Source: Chiloscyllium plagiosum
Taxonomy: Eukaryota
Assembly (NCBI RefSeq): GCF_004010195.1
Contig: NC_057718.1
Coordinates: 10,093,059-10,131,966, forward strand
Direction: 5' to 3'
DNA: 38,908 bases
The translations under genes were made by a program, and so were the position numbers. Numbering within the stretch: position 1 is the first letter of the stretch; each line of letters begins with the position of its first letter. This document shows, piece after piece, positions 22,558 to 35,204 of this stretch. The notes under the pieces were generated by a model. The model made no database searches and was not told the DNA's origin. It worked only from the letters and a program-made list of their open reading frames with translations.

Positions 22558-23067
22558 AGAAATTGCTGGAAAAGCTCAGCGTCTGTGGAGAGAAATCGGA
22601 GTTCACATATCGGGTTGAATGACCCTTCCTCTGATCTGAAGTAAATTGGGTGAATAAGGTATATCAAAATCCAACGCAATTTTATCAGGCTCAAACCCCC
22701 TGCATAAAGTATCAGCTAACTTGCCACAATTTATATTAAATGAGACCATGAAAATAAGCAAAATAAATATGTCTTACATGGCACTGTCTTATGAAGTTTA
22801 CGCGTGCACCCACTAGAGCTTAGAAGGATGAGAGGAGATCTAATTGAGGTATATAAGATGTTAAAGGGGATTGACAAAGTTAATGTAGAGAGAGTGTTTC
22901 CTTGTGGGGACATCTAGAATGAATGGACATAGTTTTAGGATAAGGGGTAGCAGATTTAAAACAGAGATTAGTGGGAATTACTTCTTTCAAAGGGTTATGA
23001 ATCTGTGGAATTCACTATCCCAGAGGGTAGTGGACATTGGGGCATTGAATAAGTTTAAGATGAGATC
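22558..23067 (+). repeat. Direct duplicate, copy 2 (partner 17566-18110)
   Basis: See copy 1. The copies differ by roughly eight substitutions plus the 35-bp indel. Confidence 0.92.
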
Positions 23068-23352
23068 CCAACAAGTTCACACTGACCCTCCAAAGAGCAA
23101 CCCACCCAGACCCATTCCCTTACATTCACCCCTGACTAATGCATCTAACACTATGGGCAATTTAGAATGACCAATTCACCTGAATTGCACATCTTTGGAC
23201 TGTGGGAGGAAACCGGAGCACCTGGAGGAAACCCATGCAGGCATGGGGAGAATGTGCAAACTCCGCACAGACAATCACCCGAGGCTGGAATTGAACCCAG
23301 GTCCCTGGTGCTGTGAGGTAGCAGTGCTAACCACTGAGCCACCGTGCCGCCC
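23068..23352 (-). mobile_element. HE1-type tRNA-derived SINE, near full length
   Basis: The minus strand starts gggcggcacggtggctcagtggttagcactgc (A box), then ggttcaattcc (B box), then the typical HE1 body. Confidence 0.88.
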
Positions 23353-23557
23353 ACAATTATGGTATAACATAATACAAGAGGAGCTTTCGAAAGGGAACTG
23401 GATAAGGTCTCGAAGGAGGAAGAGGTGATTTGGAGAAAGAGCAGAAGGAGTAGGGCCTATACTTCGAGACAACCTGTACAGACCAGCTGGGCTGAATGGC
23501 CTGTTCCCGTACTGCTTGGGACGTCCTGTGAAATGCAACATTCGGAGAGGAACTTAC

Positions 23558-24779
23558 CTGCATCTGGGCCTCGGTGTCGCGCACAGAGACGCTGTGGGAG
23601 CTGACAGTGGATCCGGAGCGAGGTCGTTTTTCCAGTCGGAGCAGCTCGGGGCCTGCGCTTAGCGAATGCCTCATCTGGCCCTGGTCCAGCAGCTGCTGGG
23701 GCCTCTGGAGAGGGGAATCCGGGCATCTCCCCAATGCCACCTCCCCCTTCTCTACCTTCCCCTCCTTGACTAACGTGGCCAGGTTATGCTGCTGCAGCTG
23801 CTGCTGCTGTTTGCGCTTCTTGTATTCAAAGACGAGCTTGTTGATGGTTTTGTCAGTTGCAATGGTGTAGATCTTGTTGCCAGCGCTCTCCCACCACTCC
23901 TTCTTCCGGCCTTGCTCCTTCTTCTCCATGTTGGGGCTCAAGGGAGCGCTGCTGGGCCCTTTCAGTTTCCCTTCCTCCAGCTCTTTCACGTGGTACCTGG
24001 TGCCATCTTCTGAAGGGGTATCTTTGCCTGACATGCCGCCAGTGGACGGGGTGGATCCTTCGGAGTAGCAGGAGGGCAGAAAGAAGAGGGGGTCACCCCT
24101 CAGCGCTGGGGGCTCCTCTGCCAAGCACTCCAGGTCAAGGTGCATCTGGATGTAGTTGTTACAGAGCTCCAGGCACACCTTGTGCAGTCTCTTCACCAAC
24201 CAGACCCAGTCCACGTTGCTAATCGGCTGAATGCTGAGAGAAGGCACCCTCGCTCGCCACTGCCTCTTCTCCTTTCCCCTCGGTGGGCTGACCTGGGCCG
24301 TCTCCTCAAAGATGTCCTCATCCTCCGAGGAGCACTGCTGGGAAGAATCCGAGCTCAGCTCCTCCTCCTCATACAGGATCTTCTTGACCTGCTCGGCCGT
24401 TATGTTCTCCTGGTTGGTCATAATGGCGGATACCAAAGCCTGGAAGTAAATGTTGAAGCTCATGGCTGACTGGCGGTAGAGGTTGGCAGCCCCTCCCACT
24501 CCCGAGACTTTCATCAGTAGGTACTTCAGGCCAGGCCTCGTGTCGAACTCCCTGGCCGTTCGGTAAGAGTCCAGCAGCAGGTCAAATATGACAGCCAGGT
24601 TCTGCATGGAGATGTACCTCAGGAAGCTGGCCGGCCTGGTCTCTCCAAAGTTAACGGTTCGGTCTGAGGCCTCGCTCGGTGTAGGGCCTTTGACAAACTC
24701 TTCGAGCAGGACGTCATAGAGGTTTTGAAGTAACACTTGATGGGACAGCAAACTCACCACTATTGTCCGGAATGGGATT
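23558..24779 (-). CDS. ARFGEF3: ARFGEF3 penultimate large coding exon (1222 nt)
   Basis: Acceptor ttttgatccacag|A, donor CAG|gtaagt. Encodes IPFRTIVVSLLSHQVLLQNLYDVLLEEF...DIFEETAQVSPPRGKEKRQWRAR...KKEWWESAGNKIYT...RPRSGST...SVRDTEAQMQ. Phases fit the flanking exons. Confidence 0.96.
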
Positions 24780-25874
24780 CTGTGGATCAAAAGAGAAAGG
24801 TTTAGACAGCTGGACACACAGAGTAATGAATACAAGAGACAGTATGAGTTTTGTTTCATAGTCAACCTTTATTGCTAATTGTACCTTGAGAAGGTGGCAG
24901 TGAACTGCCCCCATTTACCACTGCAGTCCTTTGGTTGTGGGTATGCCACCAGTACCATTAGGGAGGGAGTTCCAAGGCTTTGATCCAGTGACACTGGAGG
25001 AATGGATATATTTCCAACGAATGGCTTGGACGGAACTTTCAGGCAGTATCTGCTACCCTTGTCCTTCTAGATGGTTGAGATGGGGGACTGGTCTGTGTGT
25101 GCGAATGCACATTCAAGTCCATTTGCATGAGTGTGTGTGTGACTGCATATTTGAGTGTGGGCGCAGTCTGTTTAAGGCTGTGTGTTTGGCAGTGTTAAAT
25201 TTTTTTTTTACACAAGTGCTTGTGAGTTGTGTGTTAGCGAGTCCACAGATGTGCATGTAATAGTTGTGTGTTTGTGAGACTGCGTGTTTGTGTGTGCTTG
25301 ACAGTTTGTGAGGACTGAAGGTAGACCTTCTGAGAAGATGATGCTGATGCCAATTTTAAGAGGAAGGGAGATAGTACATGAGGGGAGTGAACAATTTCAG
25401 AAGCAGTTAGCACAGAGACCGGGAAATGAGCAATGGGCTTCAATATTTAAACAACTAAATGCAAAATATCATGTAAGAGGACTGCTTCTGAGAGAATCAG
25501 TGATTATATTGTTGGTATTACTGCATCGGTTAAGCACTCTGAACGTGTTAAAATGTTAAAGGTGCTATGTAAATGAACATTGTTGGTATATGGCATATCA
25601 TTGGGCTGATGGGATAACTCTCTCAGAGGTTCACTGTCCCTCCTATCCTGTGGACACACATGCAGTCAGCACTGAAATAAACCTTGCATTTATATAGCAC
25701 TATTGATAGCAACTGGACATTAACATGCCTGTGGCCTCAACGGTATTCCAGCTGAGGCCTACAAAGATACTGGATTTTCGTCGGATTCAGGCACTCATCA
25801 AGAACTCCCCCTTTCCCCAGTCCACGTCAGAAATGAAACTCTCTTGTGCTGTGGAATGTATTAAGGATTTTTCC

Positions 25875-27130
25875 TCTTAATTATAGCAGGGAAAATCCTG
25901 ACCTGCATTCTTCTGAACCTGGTCTGTTCCTGTGGGAGAGGAAATGCTGCCAGTGACCTTCCAGGGGAATTTCCAACATAGTCTTTGCTGTCAATCCAAG
26001 AAAGATGTGAAGAACAACATTTGGAACTGTTCATTATGTTCATCAATGTGACCAAAGCATTTGAGTAAATTACCAGGCTATATGCATTGTTCTAGAGTGA
26101 TTTGAATATCTAAGAAACTTCTTCAAATTCCTGTAACTGCAGCTTGATGGTCGTATTGCAAGTGGGCATTCTGAAACAAATGCTTTCAATATCTGACTGA
26201 TGTCAGGCAAACGTGTGTGATCAGCTCCCTTAATAATTACAGTCAACGTATCAGTGATTATTCACCTCATCAAAGATCAACTATCCTCTGGCGTGACTGT
26301 TAAGTACCACCTTTAGCCTATGTCACCTCCATGCCAATACTAAATTGTCCACTATTGACATACATAATCAACAGCGTACAGGTGACTGCAGTGTCATTAA
26401 CACTTAGTCAAAAAAGTGTGGTGCTGGAAAAGCACAGCAGGTCAAGCAGCACCGAAGGGCTGGAGAATCGACATTTTGGGCATGAGCCCTTCAGATTCCT
26501 GATGAAGGGCTTACGCCTGAAACACGACTCTCCTCCTTGGATACTGCCTGACCTGCTGTGCTTTTCCAGCACCCCACTTTTTTGACTCTGACTCTCCAGC
26601 ATCTGCAGTCCTCACTTTTTCCATTAACACTTTGTACCAAGTTTGTAAAGCCCCTCTCGATCCCTTTAATTGTGCGTCTGAAGTATTTGGTTCAGTCCTT
26701 GGATGTTGCCAAAACAAAACTAATTTTAAACCAGGCCTGGTCACTCAAATAGTCCATCTTCTGCGTATGTTGAAGGAGGGAGTCTGGCATATGTTGAGCT
26801 TTTCCCACACCTTGGTAGCCGCCCGTATCAAAAGGCCATCGGTGATGAGGAGATCCGGCAATGGATGGGTTTTGCCAGCTCGATGTTCTATAGGTTACAG
26901 GTGTGACTTATTTACAACAAGGTCCACCATATACAGCAATATACAGAGCAATATTCAGCACTACAGTCCTGTACTACAGTGAGATCTGGAATATGACAGA
27001 GAGTATTGGAGAAAGTCCGCCAGCAATGTGTACACGGCATTCTCCAGATTCATTAGGACAACTACTAAACAAATGCTAAGGTCCTTCTTGAAGCCAGCTT
27101 CACAAACGTTCTGGCAAAACTGCTGTAAAA
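25875..27130 (+). mobile_element. Highly degenerate RTE-clade LINE RT fragment, split by the palindromic insert at 26406
   Basis: Recognisable remnants IAGKILTCILLN (~25882) and IQERCEEQHLELFIMFINVTKAF (~25994), plus a VRQ.CVI-like motif (~26200). Confidence 0.55.
26406..26621 (+). mobile_element. Palindromic Penelope-derived insert with degenerate hammerhead core and 11-bp TSD
   Basis: Arms 26406-26587. CTGATGA(26499)-aGGGCttacGCCT-GAAAC. TSD cattaacactt at 26395-26405 and 26622-26632. Confidence 0.87.
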
Positions 27131-27529
27131 CAAACTATAATCGACTAGAAACTGTGCCCCCCCCCCCCCCCCAAGATCCTGTTTCCTCATCCCTGCAGTG
27201 GTTCTCTGAAGCTCTCCAGAAGGGCTGACTACATTGACAGCAGCGACTAGGAGGAGCTCACGACCAATCAATCATTCAAAATGGTGACACAACTTGTCCA
27301 TCAACCCTTTGAGTCCAAACACCACAAAGATGAGGTAGGGGGACAGCAGAGAAGGAAGGAAATCTGAGAAAATCCTGCATTCCAGAGAGAGACACTACTT
27401 CATGGGACCTCCTCCCCATGGTGCCCAAAGATCTGTGTGTTCAGAACCGGACCGATCACTCACATGAAGACCCACAGCAGCAACTCACAACCCTGTGGAG
27501 ACATCAACTTCAAATTGGGGGAACAGCTG

Positions 27530-27810
27530 ACAATGACCAGATAATCAGATAATCTCTTTCCCAGCGATATTGATAAGGGATAAATATTGGCATAGACACC
27601 AGGGATGACTCCCCTGTTCTTGGAAATGGTATCTCTGGATCTTCAACATCCACTTGAGCAGGCCAATGGGGGCATCAGTTTGGGATCTGAACGGAAAGGC
27701 AGCACCTCCAACAGTGTAGCACTCCTCTGGCACTGCATCGGAGTGACAGCCTTGGTTTTTGCACTGGAGTCTCGGAGCTGGAATCCGAAATGAGAATCTT
27801 TCTGCTACGG
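27530..27810 (-). mobile_element. DeuSINE/SacSINE1-like SINE remnant
   Basis: gataaatattggc...ggatcttcaacatccacttgag...ggaaaggcagcacctccaacagtgtagcactcc resembles the reverse-strand Deu-domain core. Confidence 0.6.
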
Positions 27811-28295
27811 AAGCCAGAACTATACTCTATGACCACACATCAAACATTTATTCCTCTCCACCTCTCCAGGAAAAAAATCTTATTGACGCACAGAGGCCCA
27901 ACCTCCATTTCGTAACTGATTTATTTTCTTTTTAAAATTGTGCACCTTCTACACAAGTTCATTTGGTAAGACCACTCAAACATCCAATTAAATGTCAACT
28001 TGGGTGTGTACCGAAACACATCAAAAATCAGGAGAGGAACAAAATATTATCGAGGTGTGTGGCTTTTAGGTTTTCTAAAATGGTGTCCCTTTGAAATATG
28101 TGTCCCTTTCCCTATCCACCTCGATGTATTTTGTATTGAATACAAAGTGTGTACAAATAGAAGAAATGGAGCAGCCTGAGTGACTAATATAGAAACAAGA
28201 AGCAGGAATTACTCTGTCAGACAACAGCATCACAGCATCATTACTTCAAACTGAAGCAAGATCATGACCCAATGTAATTAAAATAAAATGCTTAC

Positions 28296-28304
28296 CCTAT
28301 TTTT
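28296..28304 (-). CDS. ARFGEF3: Candidate 9-nt alternative microexon of ARFGEF3 (inserts K-I-G)
   Basis: On the - strand: CACTAAC branch point, ~26-nt pyrimidine tract, aTGCttgacgtcgaacAG | AAAAATAGG | GTAAGC. Phase 2-2 and frame-preserving. Confidence 0.72.
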
Positions 28305-30805
28305 CTGTTCGACGTCAAGCATGGGGAGAAAGAAGCAAGAGGAGGAAAGTTAGTGCAGTCTGAACAGGAGGAATATTAAACACCAGCAGAAGGTTAAACA
28401 CTGATTGACATGAGGAAAGATTGAACACAGGATTAAACCCTGGGGATGAGGAGAAGAATGTAATACTGGACACCAGCAGGAAGATCAAATACTAAAGGTT
28501 GGAGAAACAAAATACAAACTGAATAAGGAAAAATGCCTAGCACTTGACACTAAAAGAAGATTAAACACCACTTGATATTGCAAATGCAGAGTGTATGTAA
28601 AAAGAAATCAGTAATCATCCTTTCTAACTTGCACCTTTTCTTGTTTAAATACAGATGAACAATGAAATAATTGAAGGATGTAGCTTAGAATGGATGTTTG
28701 AGACAGGACAGAGAAAGCAGCAATAATAATAATGAATACATAATAATATAAAATTAAATATTACATTAAAATTATCTTATTAAAAAGTGTAATAATACAA
28801 TGTGATATAATTTTAAATTTAATAGAAATCAGGAATTCCCATTTGAATGAAAGATTCATTAGTGGGTTTTGAGAAGATTTGTAGCTCAGGTTGAGGTTCT
28901 GAATGTAGATTTGCTCGCTGAGCTGGAAAGTTTATTATTGTCACATGTACCCAGATACAGCAACAGGTTTTACTTTGCATGCAGTAGAGGCATTTATAAG
29001 GCATTTCATACCTTATAAAGTGCATTAGGGTAATAGTGAGGAATACAATGTTACAGCTGCAGAGAAGGTGCACAGAGATCGAGATCAACATTAAAATTTG
29101 AGAGGTCCATGAGAAATTAGAAGAGTTTAGATGATTATTATGACAATTGTAAAAATACTCTAGTTCATGGCTCATTTTATTAATTTAACTTAAAATTTAG
29201 TTGAAGTAGTTTAATGTTTAAGCTGGAAATTAAAGTGTGAAATTCAGGATAGACATTAGGGCCTGAATTTGCGTTAAGACAGAGAGGATGCCATATGCAG
29301 TCAGAAGGGCCTGAATCCAGATATTCCTGCCCCAAAGACAACCCTCACCATTTTCACAGCAGGGGGAGCAGGAGCAGGTTTGCACTGTAATTAACATGTC
29401 TGTGGTTAAAGGGCATCTTTAAGGTGTCTTCAGTTAGATCCAATTTTTGGTGGTGGGAAGTTCAAATCATGACTAATGAGCTTTCAATGTGTTAGGACAA
29501 GCTATTATCTTGCCAGACTCTCTTTCAGGAAGCAGGAACCCATTTGGAAAATAAGACACCCTTTTGGATATGATCCTGAGACACCTTTGGAACATCTTTG
29601 GGAGAAATCAGGTGTCTTTGAGATTGGTGAAAGTCAGTGTGAATGTGCACAGAAAATGAATAAGAGCATTGGAATTATCAAGGGAACTTCAAGACATTTA
29701 AAACTCCTGCCCTTTGAAGATTTGGGAAAAAAAGTGTCTGCTGGGTTAAAAGAAATAGCTTGTAGTTCCACTCTGTTGATATAAATCTTGTAGGACTAGT
29801 TCTAACTGACTGATTTCATGGCCTATCATTGCAGGGTATCTATCAGTTCAGATTTATTAACACATCCAAGTGCTCATCTAGTCTTTGAAGTGGGACTACA
29901 AGCACAAGTGCTTGTTTTTACCAGGTATTAAACGGAAGTTAAGTGTGGTAAATGGGATTTTATCATTGAACTTAAGAACTTTATTCAATCTCAGCGTGAA
30001 CATGGTGGAGGCCTCTCCTACACAAACCCCGTTTGAAAACAAAATCTCTTCTTTTCACACTTTTTGGACTATAATAGTTTCAAAACAAAAAATCTTATGC
30101 TTCTGATGTATAATTACTATAGGAAATCTACAGGAAAACCTGCAACTCAGGAGCAGCTGCAAGATCCACGCTACTCTCAGTCCACCATCTTTTTTTTATA
30201 AAAGTTATTTTTAAAAATGTTCTAAAATTCTACATTGTTTAACCTAGAAACCATGGGAAATAGGAGTATGATAGGCCCTTTGACTCTGCTATACCATTCA
30301 ATATGTTCATGGCTATAAACCCTTTGATCCCTTTAGTCCTAAGAACGATATCTAACCTTCTTGAATACATTCCAAGATTGTGCTCTAAATGACTTTCTGT
30401 GGCAGGGAATTTTACAGTATCTCTTTACAATCTACATTTTCACTACTTCTTATTTTAAAATTTTACTATTTGTTAACAATTCCTATTTCAATTTAATTCA
30501 GAGATTTTGCTGCTACTGGGTGTCAGAAAATAACACCCTCTGCTTGTGTAAACCAAAAAGATGCTGAAATTACTTTTACTTTCACAGAGGTCTGTGCTTC
30601 TTTCAAGTTAATAAATATTCCAGAACTTGGAATCTTCTGAATTTCAATTGAAATGTTTACCCTTTGCTGCTTTGGTCACTGGAGCAGGATTCAACAATAA
30701 ACTGTAGCTGGGACTGTAGGGAGGAAGATGCATTGGATGAAGATATCATCTAATAGCCTGTCTATCCATCACCTTCACCAATGGGTGTCCAGGGGTTTTT
30801 TTTAC

Positions 30806-30936
30806 CTCTTCTGAGTGTGGCCATTGTGTTTCTCATCCGGTGGGAGTTCGATGATCAACACGCAGGACTGAGCATGCTCAAAACCTTCCCTGTTGCTGGG
30901 GGTTTTGGGTGAACACTGGGTGTCCAGCAGAAAGAC
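30806..30936 (-). CDS. ARFGEF3: ARFGEF3 internal exon (131 nt)
   Basis: Acceptor cttctcctccag|GTC. Encodes VFLLDTQCSPKTPSNREGFEHAQSCVLIIELPPDEKHNGHTQK plus AG, then donor gtaaaa. Confidence 0.93.
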
Positions 30937-31104
30937 CTGGAGGAGAAGATTTCAGTCTGATTATAATAAAACAATGAACCACTGGAAAACTGAAACAAGA
31001 ACAGAAAATGCTGGAGAAACTCAGCGGGTCAGGCAGCATCTGTGGACAGAAGGCAGAGTTAACATTTCAAGTCCAGCCACCCTTCTTCAGATGCTGTTAC
31101 AGTC

Positions 31105-31500
31105 AAGTAGCCTGGAAACGTACGGCTTGGAAACAGGCCCTTCAGCCCAACCCATCTAGTCCAACCAGGTTTCCGAAACTCAACTAGTCCCGCTTGCCTG
31201 TGTTTAGCTCATATCCCTCTAAACCCTTCCTATCCATGTACCTGTCCAAAAGTCTTCAAGTGTTGTTATTGTAACCCTCCATCACTTCCTCTGGCAGTTC
31301 ATCCCATACACTGTTGCCCCTTACGTCCCTTTTAAATTTTTCCCCTCTCTCCTTAAACCTATGCCCTCTAGTTTTGAACACCCCTCCCCAGGGGAAAGAC
31401 CTTATCTATGTCCCTCATGACTATACAAATCTCTATAAACCTCACCCTCTGACTCTTCAAGGAAAGAAGTCCCAGCTTACACAGCCCAGCTCAGAAACAT
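31105..31500 (-). mobile_element. CR1 3' fragment
   Basis: Reverse of CR1 tail and ORF2 end (ccctctaaacccttcctatccatgtacctgtcc...ccttaaacctatgccctctagt). Confidence 0.75.
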
Positions 31501-31884
31501 TCCTCCAAAGCCTTAGGAAATTTGCCCGTTCGAAATATTTCCAAAACAACATCAGCCCTAAATTTGCTGAAATACAAAAAAACTAGAGGAGGATTTGACT
31601 GTGTCTTTAGGGATTTCAGTCGTGTAGACAGTGAGGAACACTTTATTTGCTCGGGAAGTCTAGGTACAAGGAAATACGTCCTTAAAATGAGTGCCAGTGC
31701 CTACAGGAACTGAGTTAGTACAGGCCTCTCTGCAGAAGGTCAGATAGATGTGTGGTGGAAAGCTCACCCACAAAAAAACAGTGGATGGTCATTCAATTAA
31801 TATTTTTAAATCTGCAATAATTAAGATATTTCCTGCACAAGAGTGGAAAAGGTGCTGGATGGGAAGATGGAGTTAAGGCCTTAA

Positions 31885-32275
31885 GACCATAAGGTGTAGG
31901 AGCAAGCGTAGGTCATTCAGCCCATCGAGTCTCCTCCGCCATTCAGTGAGGATCATGGTTGATCTGATAATCCCCTGCTCCACTTGCCTGCCTTTTCCCC
32001 ATAGCCCCTCGCTTCTCTTACTGAGTGAACGTCTGTCAATCTTAGCCTTGAAAATAGTTAACAAGCTAGCCTCAACAGCACTCTGCAGTAAAGAGTTCCA
32101 CAGGTTCACTACCCTCTGAGAGAAGAGATTCCTCCTCAGCTTTGTCTAAGATGCGTGAAATGATGCCCCTCTGGTCCTAGACTCTCCCACAACGGGAAAC
32201 AATCTTTCCACATCTACTCTGTGAAGCCCCCTAAGAATCTTGTATGTTTTGATAAAGTCACCTCTCATTCCAATG
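31885..32275 (-). mobile_element. CR1 3' fragment (different subfamily)
   Basis: FSQRVVNLWNSLLQSAVEA...IFKAKIDR on the - strand, with a CR1-type tail. Confidence 0.8.
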
Positions 32276-32474
32276 AATACAGTTAAGATAGGGATCTGTT
32301 ATGATCCCACTGAATGGAGTATCAGACAAGAAGGGCTGAATGGCCTTCTACCAATTCATTTTTAATCCCAGCAAGGTGGAGGTATAAATTCTTTGGCCTG
32401 ATCCAGGGAATGTTTAGCACCTTTGGCCCACTCTGGCCTGGCCTAGATGAAAAAGGCTCATGTGGGCACAATAC

Positions 32475-32606
32475 CTGCTGTGCCATTGCCCGGATTCTCC
32501 AGTACTCTGCCTCTGCGCTGGCAGAATGTGAGGGGGCTGCCACCTTCACCTCGCAAGCATCTCCGCTGAAGCTGTCTGAGCCGCTCTGGAAACAGGCCAG
32601 CAGATT
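32475..32606 (-). CDS. ARFGEF3: ARFGEF3 internal exon (132 nt)
   Basis: Acceptor ccttgcctttcag|AAT. Encodes NLLACFQSGSDSFSGDACEVKVAAPSHSASAEAEYWRIRAMAQQ. Donor CAG|gtattg. Confidence 0.94.
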
Positions 32607-33835
32607 CTGAAAGGCAAGGATGAAACAGGGTTAGGAGGACGGTACAATCCAAAACAGCCATGTGGACCATTGAAGAGGACAACACCGGTGTTGACCCACC
32701 AACTCCCATTAGGACCACTCGAAGCTCTTCAGGTAACAGTGCGTTGCCACAGGTACAACAGTCAGTCAGGCAGTCAGTGTGTACCAACAACAATTGGTAC
32801 TCAACTGAATCCTCCTGACAGTTACCTGTGGCTGAGGAAGGATTGAATTGAATTTTATTTCATCCTTTTCACCATTTTAAACATTTCTAAGGATCTCTTT
32901 CCTAACATCTTCATCTAACACACCAGCTTTAATTGTTCCCCCCTTTGGGGACCCTGCCTTCAGTTGCCAAGCCCTAAACTCTGAACTCTCTCCCTAAATT
33001 GCTTTCTTCCTCAAAGATGATCCTTAAAACCAACTGCATTGACCACTGATTTGGTCATCTGCCTTAAACCAACACTTTACCAGTGTTGGGTGGTTTGGAG
33101 TCAATTATTGTTTGGGTAATGCTCCTGTGTAAGTACTACTGGATGTTTTTCTCCACTTGAGATACTTTTTATTCACTTATCCACAGGATGTGGGCTTCAC
33201 TGGCTGGGCCAGCATTGTTCAATGTAGTCTTGCCCTTCCTAAATGCCCAGAGGGCAGATAAGAGTCAACCACATTGCTATGGGTCTGCAGTCACAGACCA
33301 AGCACGGAGGGCAGATCTCCTTCTCTAAAGGGCATGAGTGATCCAGATGGGTTTTTAAATAATTGACAATAGTCCAACATTAACCTCTTAATTCCAGACC
33401 TTTACTGAATTCAAATTCCACCATTTGCCAGATTCAAACCCAGGTCCCAAGCACATTACCTGGGTCTCTGGTCTAGCAATAATATCACTAGGCTATCACC
33501 TCTCTCAGAAACAACTTGTTGTTATTAATTGAAGTTCCATAGTGTCCCCTGAAATTCCACTGGGAAATGAGTGGGATCACTACAATCCAGTTCCAAATTG
33601 GCATTATCCTTTAATGGGTTGACTGCTGTCTTATAGTCTTTAAATATCTCAACTTCCCTTCATCACTGCCCAGACCTTTTCATATTTTACACGGGCCAAT
33701 CCCATTTACTGCTTACTCCCATGTTCCTTAATATCTCACTGACCTAATCTCACTCTCTCGTTCACCTCCACATAATTTTTTAATACCTGACCCATTCTAA
33801 TTCCATCTTCTCTCTCACCCCTAGTAGCCTTTTAT

Positions 33836-34054
33836 CTGGTTTCCTCCCACAGCTCAAAGATGTGCAGGTTAGCTGGATTGGCCATGCTAAATTACCCCAT
33901 AGTGTCCAGGGATGTGCAGGCCAGGTGGGTTAGCCATGGAGAATGCAGGATTACAGGAATAGGGTAGTGGGGTGGGACTGGGAGGGATGCTCTTCAGAGG
34001 GCCAGTGTGGACTTGATGGGCTGGATGGCCTGTTTCCACATTTGTAGGGATTCT
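33836..34054 (+). mobile_element. HE1-type SINE, 3' half
   Basis: ggtttcctcccacagctcaaagatgtgcaggttag...ggcctgtttccacatttgtagggattct. Confidence 0.8.
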
Positions 34055-35204
34055 GTGGTGATGTCATCATCCTTTGCATGCAGAAATGTTTCCAAACCTA
34101 CTTGTGAAAAGTCTTGATCTAATCTTTGAACCTCATTCTAATCTGAGTGCAGAAATAGTTTTTTCTGTATCTACTACCGCAAGGGTCATACTTTTTAACC
34201 TTGTGGACTGTAATGAGAAAAAAAAAAGTTTTAAAACTAGTGTTTTAAAAGATGGCTGCATTGTTTGAAAGTAACCTGAAACTCTTGGCAAGCTTGTTTT
34301 AAAAAGCTGTTTGAACAAGCAATAACTAAAGCGATTGCAGATAAACTGGAGTTCAGCGGGTTCAGTATTCAGATGTACCTGGGTGACGAGAAGTTGACTG
34401 GTCTATGGACTAGTAACCAGTTGAAGACAAGGGCCTTTCGCCTGCCTATAAATTGCATAAAAATGAGACACTTGCACATTACGCAAATTGGGTCTCAAGT
34501 CACTAAACAGTTTGAAACTGGGAACAAGTTTCAGAGAATGGTTTTGATCTTCACTAGCTCAGGTGCTGTCTCTCTGCTCAAGCTCACTTTAACCTGAAGA
34601 CATCTAGTCAATCCTTTCCTTTAGCATTTGCTGTGATTTTTACCTGGATAAAACAGAGACATTTTACAAGTGAACCAACCACCCAATGCCTCTTGCAAAC
34701 CAGTGGAAGCATTCGGAAAAGGAAAGCTCAGAAAATAACGTTCACATCAGCAAGAACTAGCGCGATAGAATTTGTGAACAAAGGCTTCTAATCTGTTTTT
34801 CCCTCTGTCCAGGAGTTATTTTTTCCCTATCTATAGTTGGAAGCTACATTTTTGTAATTAAATAGTAATTCTTGTTAAATTCGGAAACTGGGTTTTCTGC
34901 CAACCTGAGTCTGAAAATCAGTAAATTGGAGAACATTTTGTACTTACTTTCAAATGTTTAACGTTTATGATAAATCTACAAATGGGGGGTGCTTGGTTTC
35001 CATCCTGCTACTCCAGTGAGTTGTGACACTACCATATTTCTTCACCTTAATGTCTTGAAACCTTTGATTAAAATATGCCCTCATCTTCTGAATTCCAAGG
35101 GGACACAAGCAGAGATTGTGCGACGTAGTTATCATTGACAGTACTGTGTGGCCTCAGCCACTGAACATACACCGTGCCAAAGCATACCGAATTATTGGAC
35201 CTAC

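Noticed and set aside
23280..23352. tRNA gene
   Set aside because: The A/B boxes belong to the head of an HE1-type SINE and run straight into the SINE body.
23357..24865. 502-aa ORF as a standalone gene
   Set aside because: It is one ARFGEF3 exon (23558-24779) plus open intronic flanks.
30661..30713. Possible extra ARFGEF3 cassette exon on - (cctccctacag|...AAGG|gtaaac)
   Set aside because: It is 53 nt (41 nt with the alternative AG), so it shifts the frame. The donor is weak, it lies only ~90 nt from the previous exon, and the peptide is unrecognisable.
34054..35028. Possible solo LTR (TG...CA ends)
   Set aside because: No target-site duplication or partner LTR is visible, so it cannot be supported without a repeat library.
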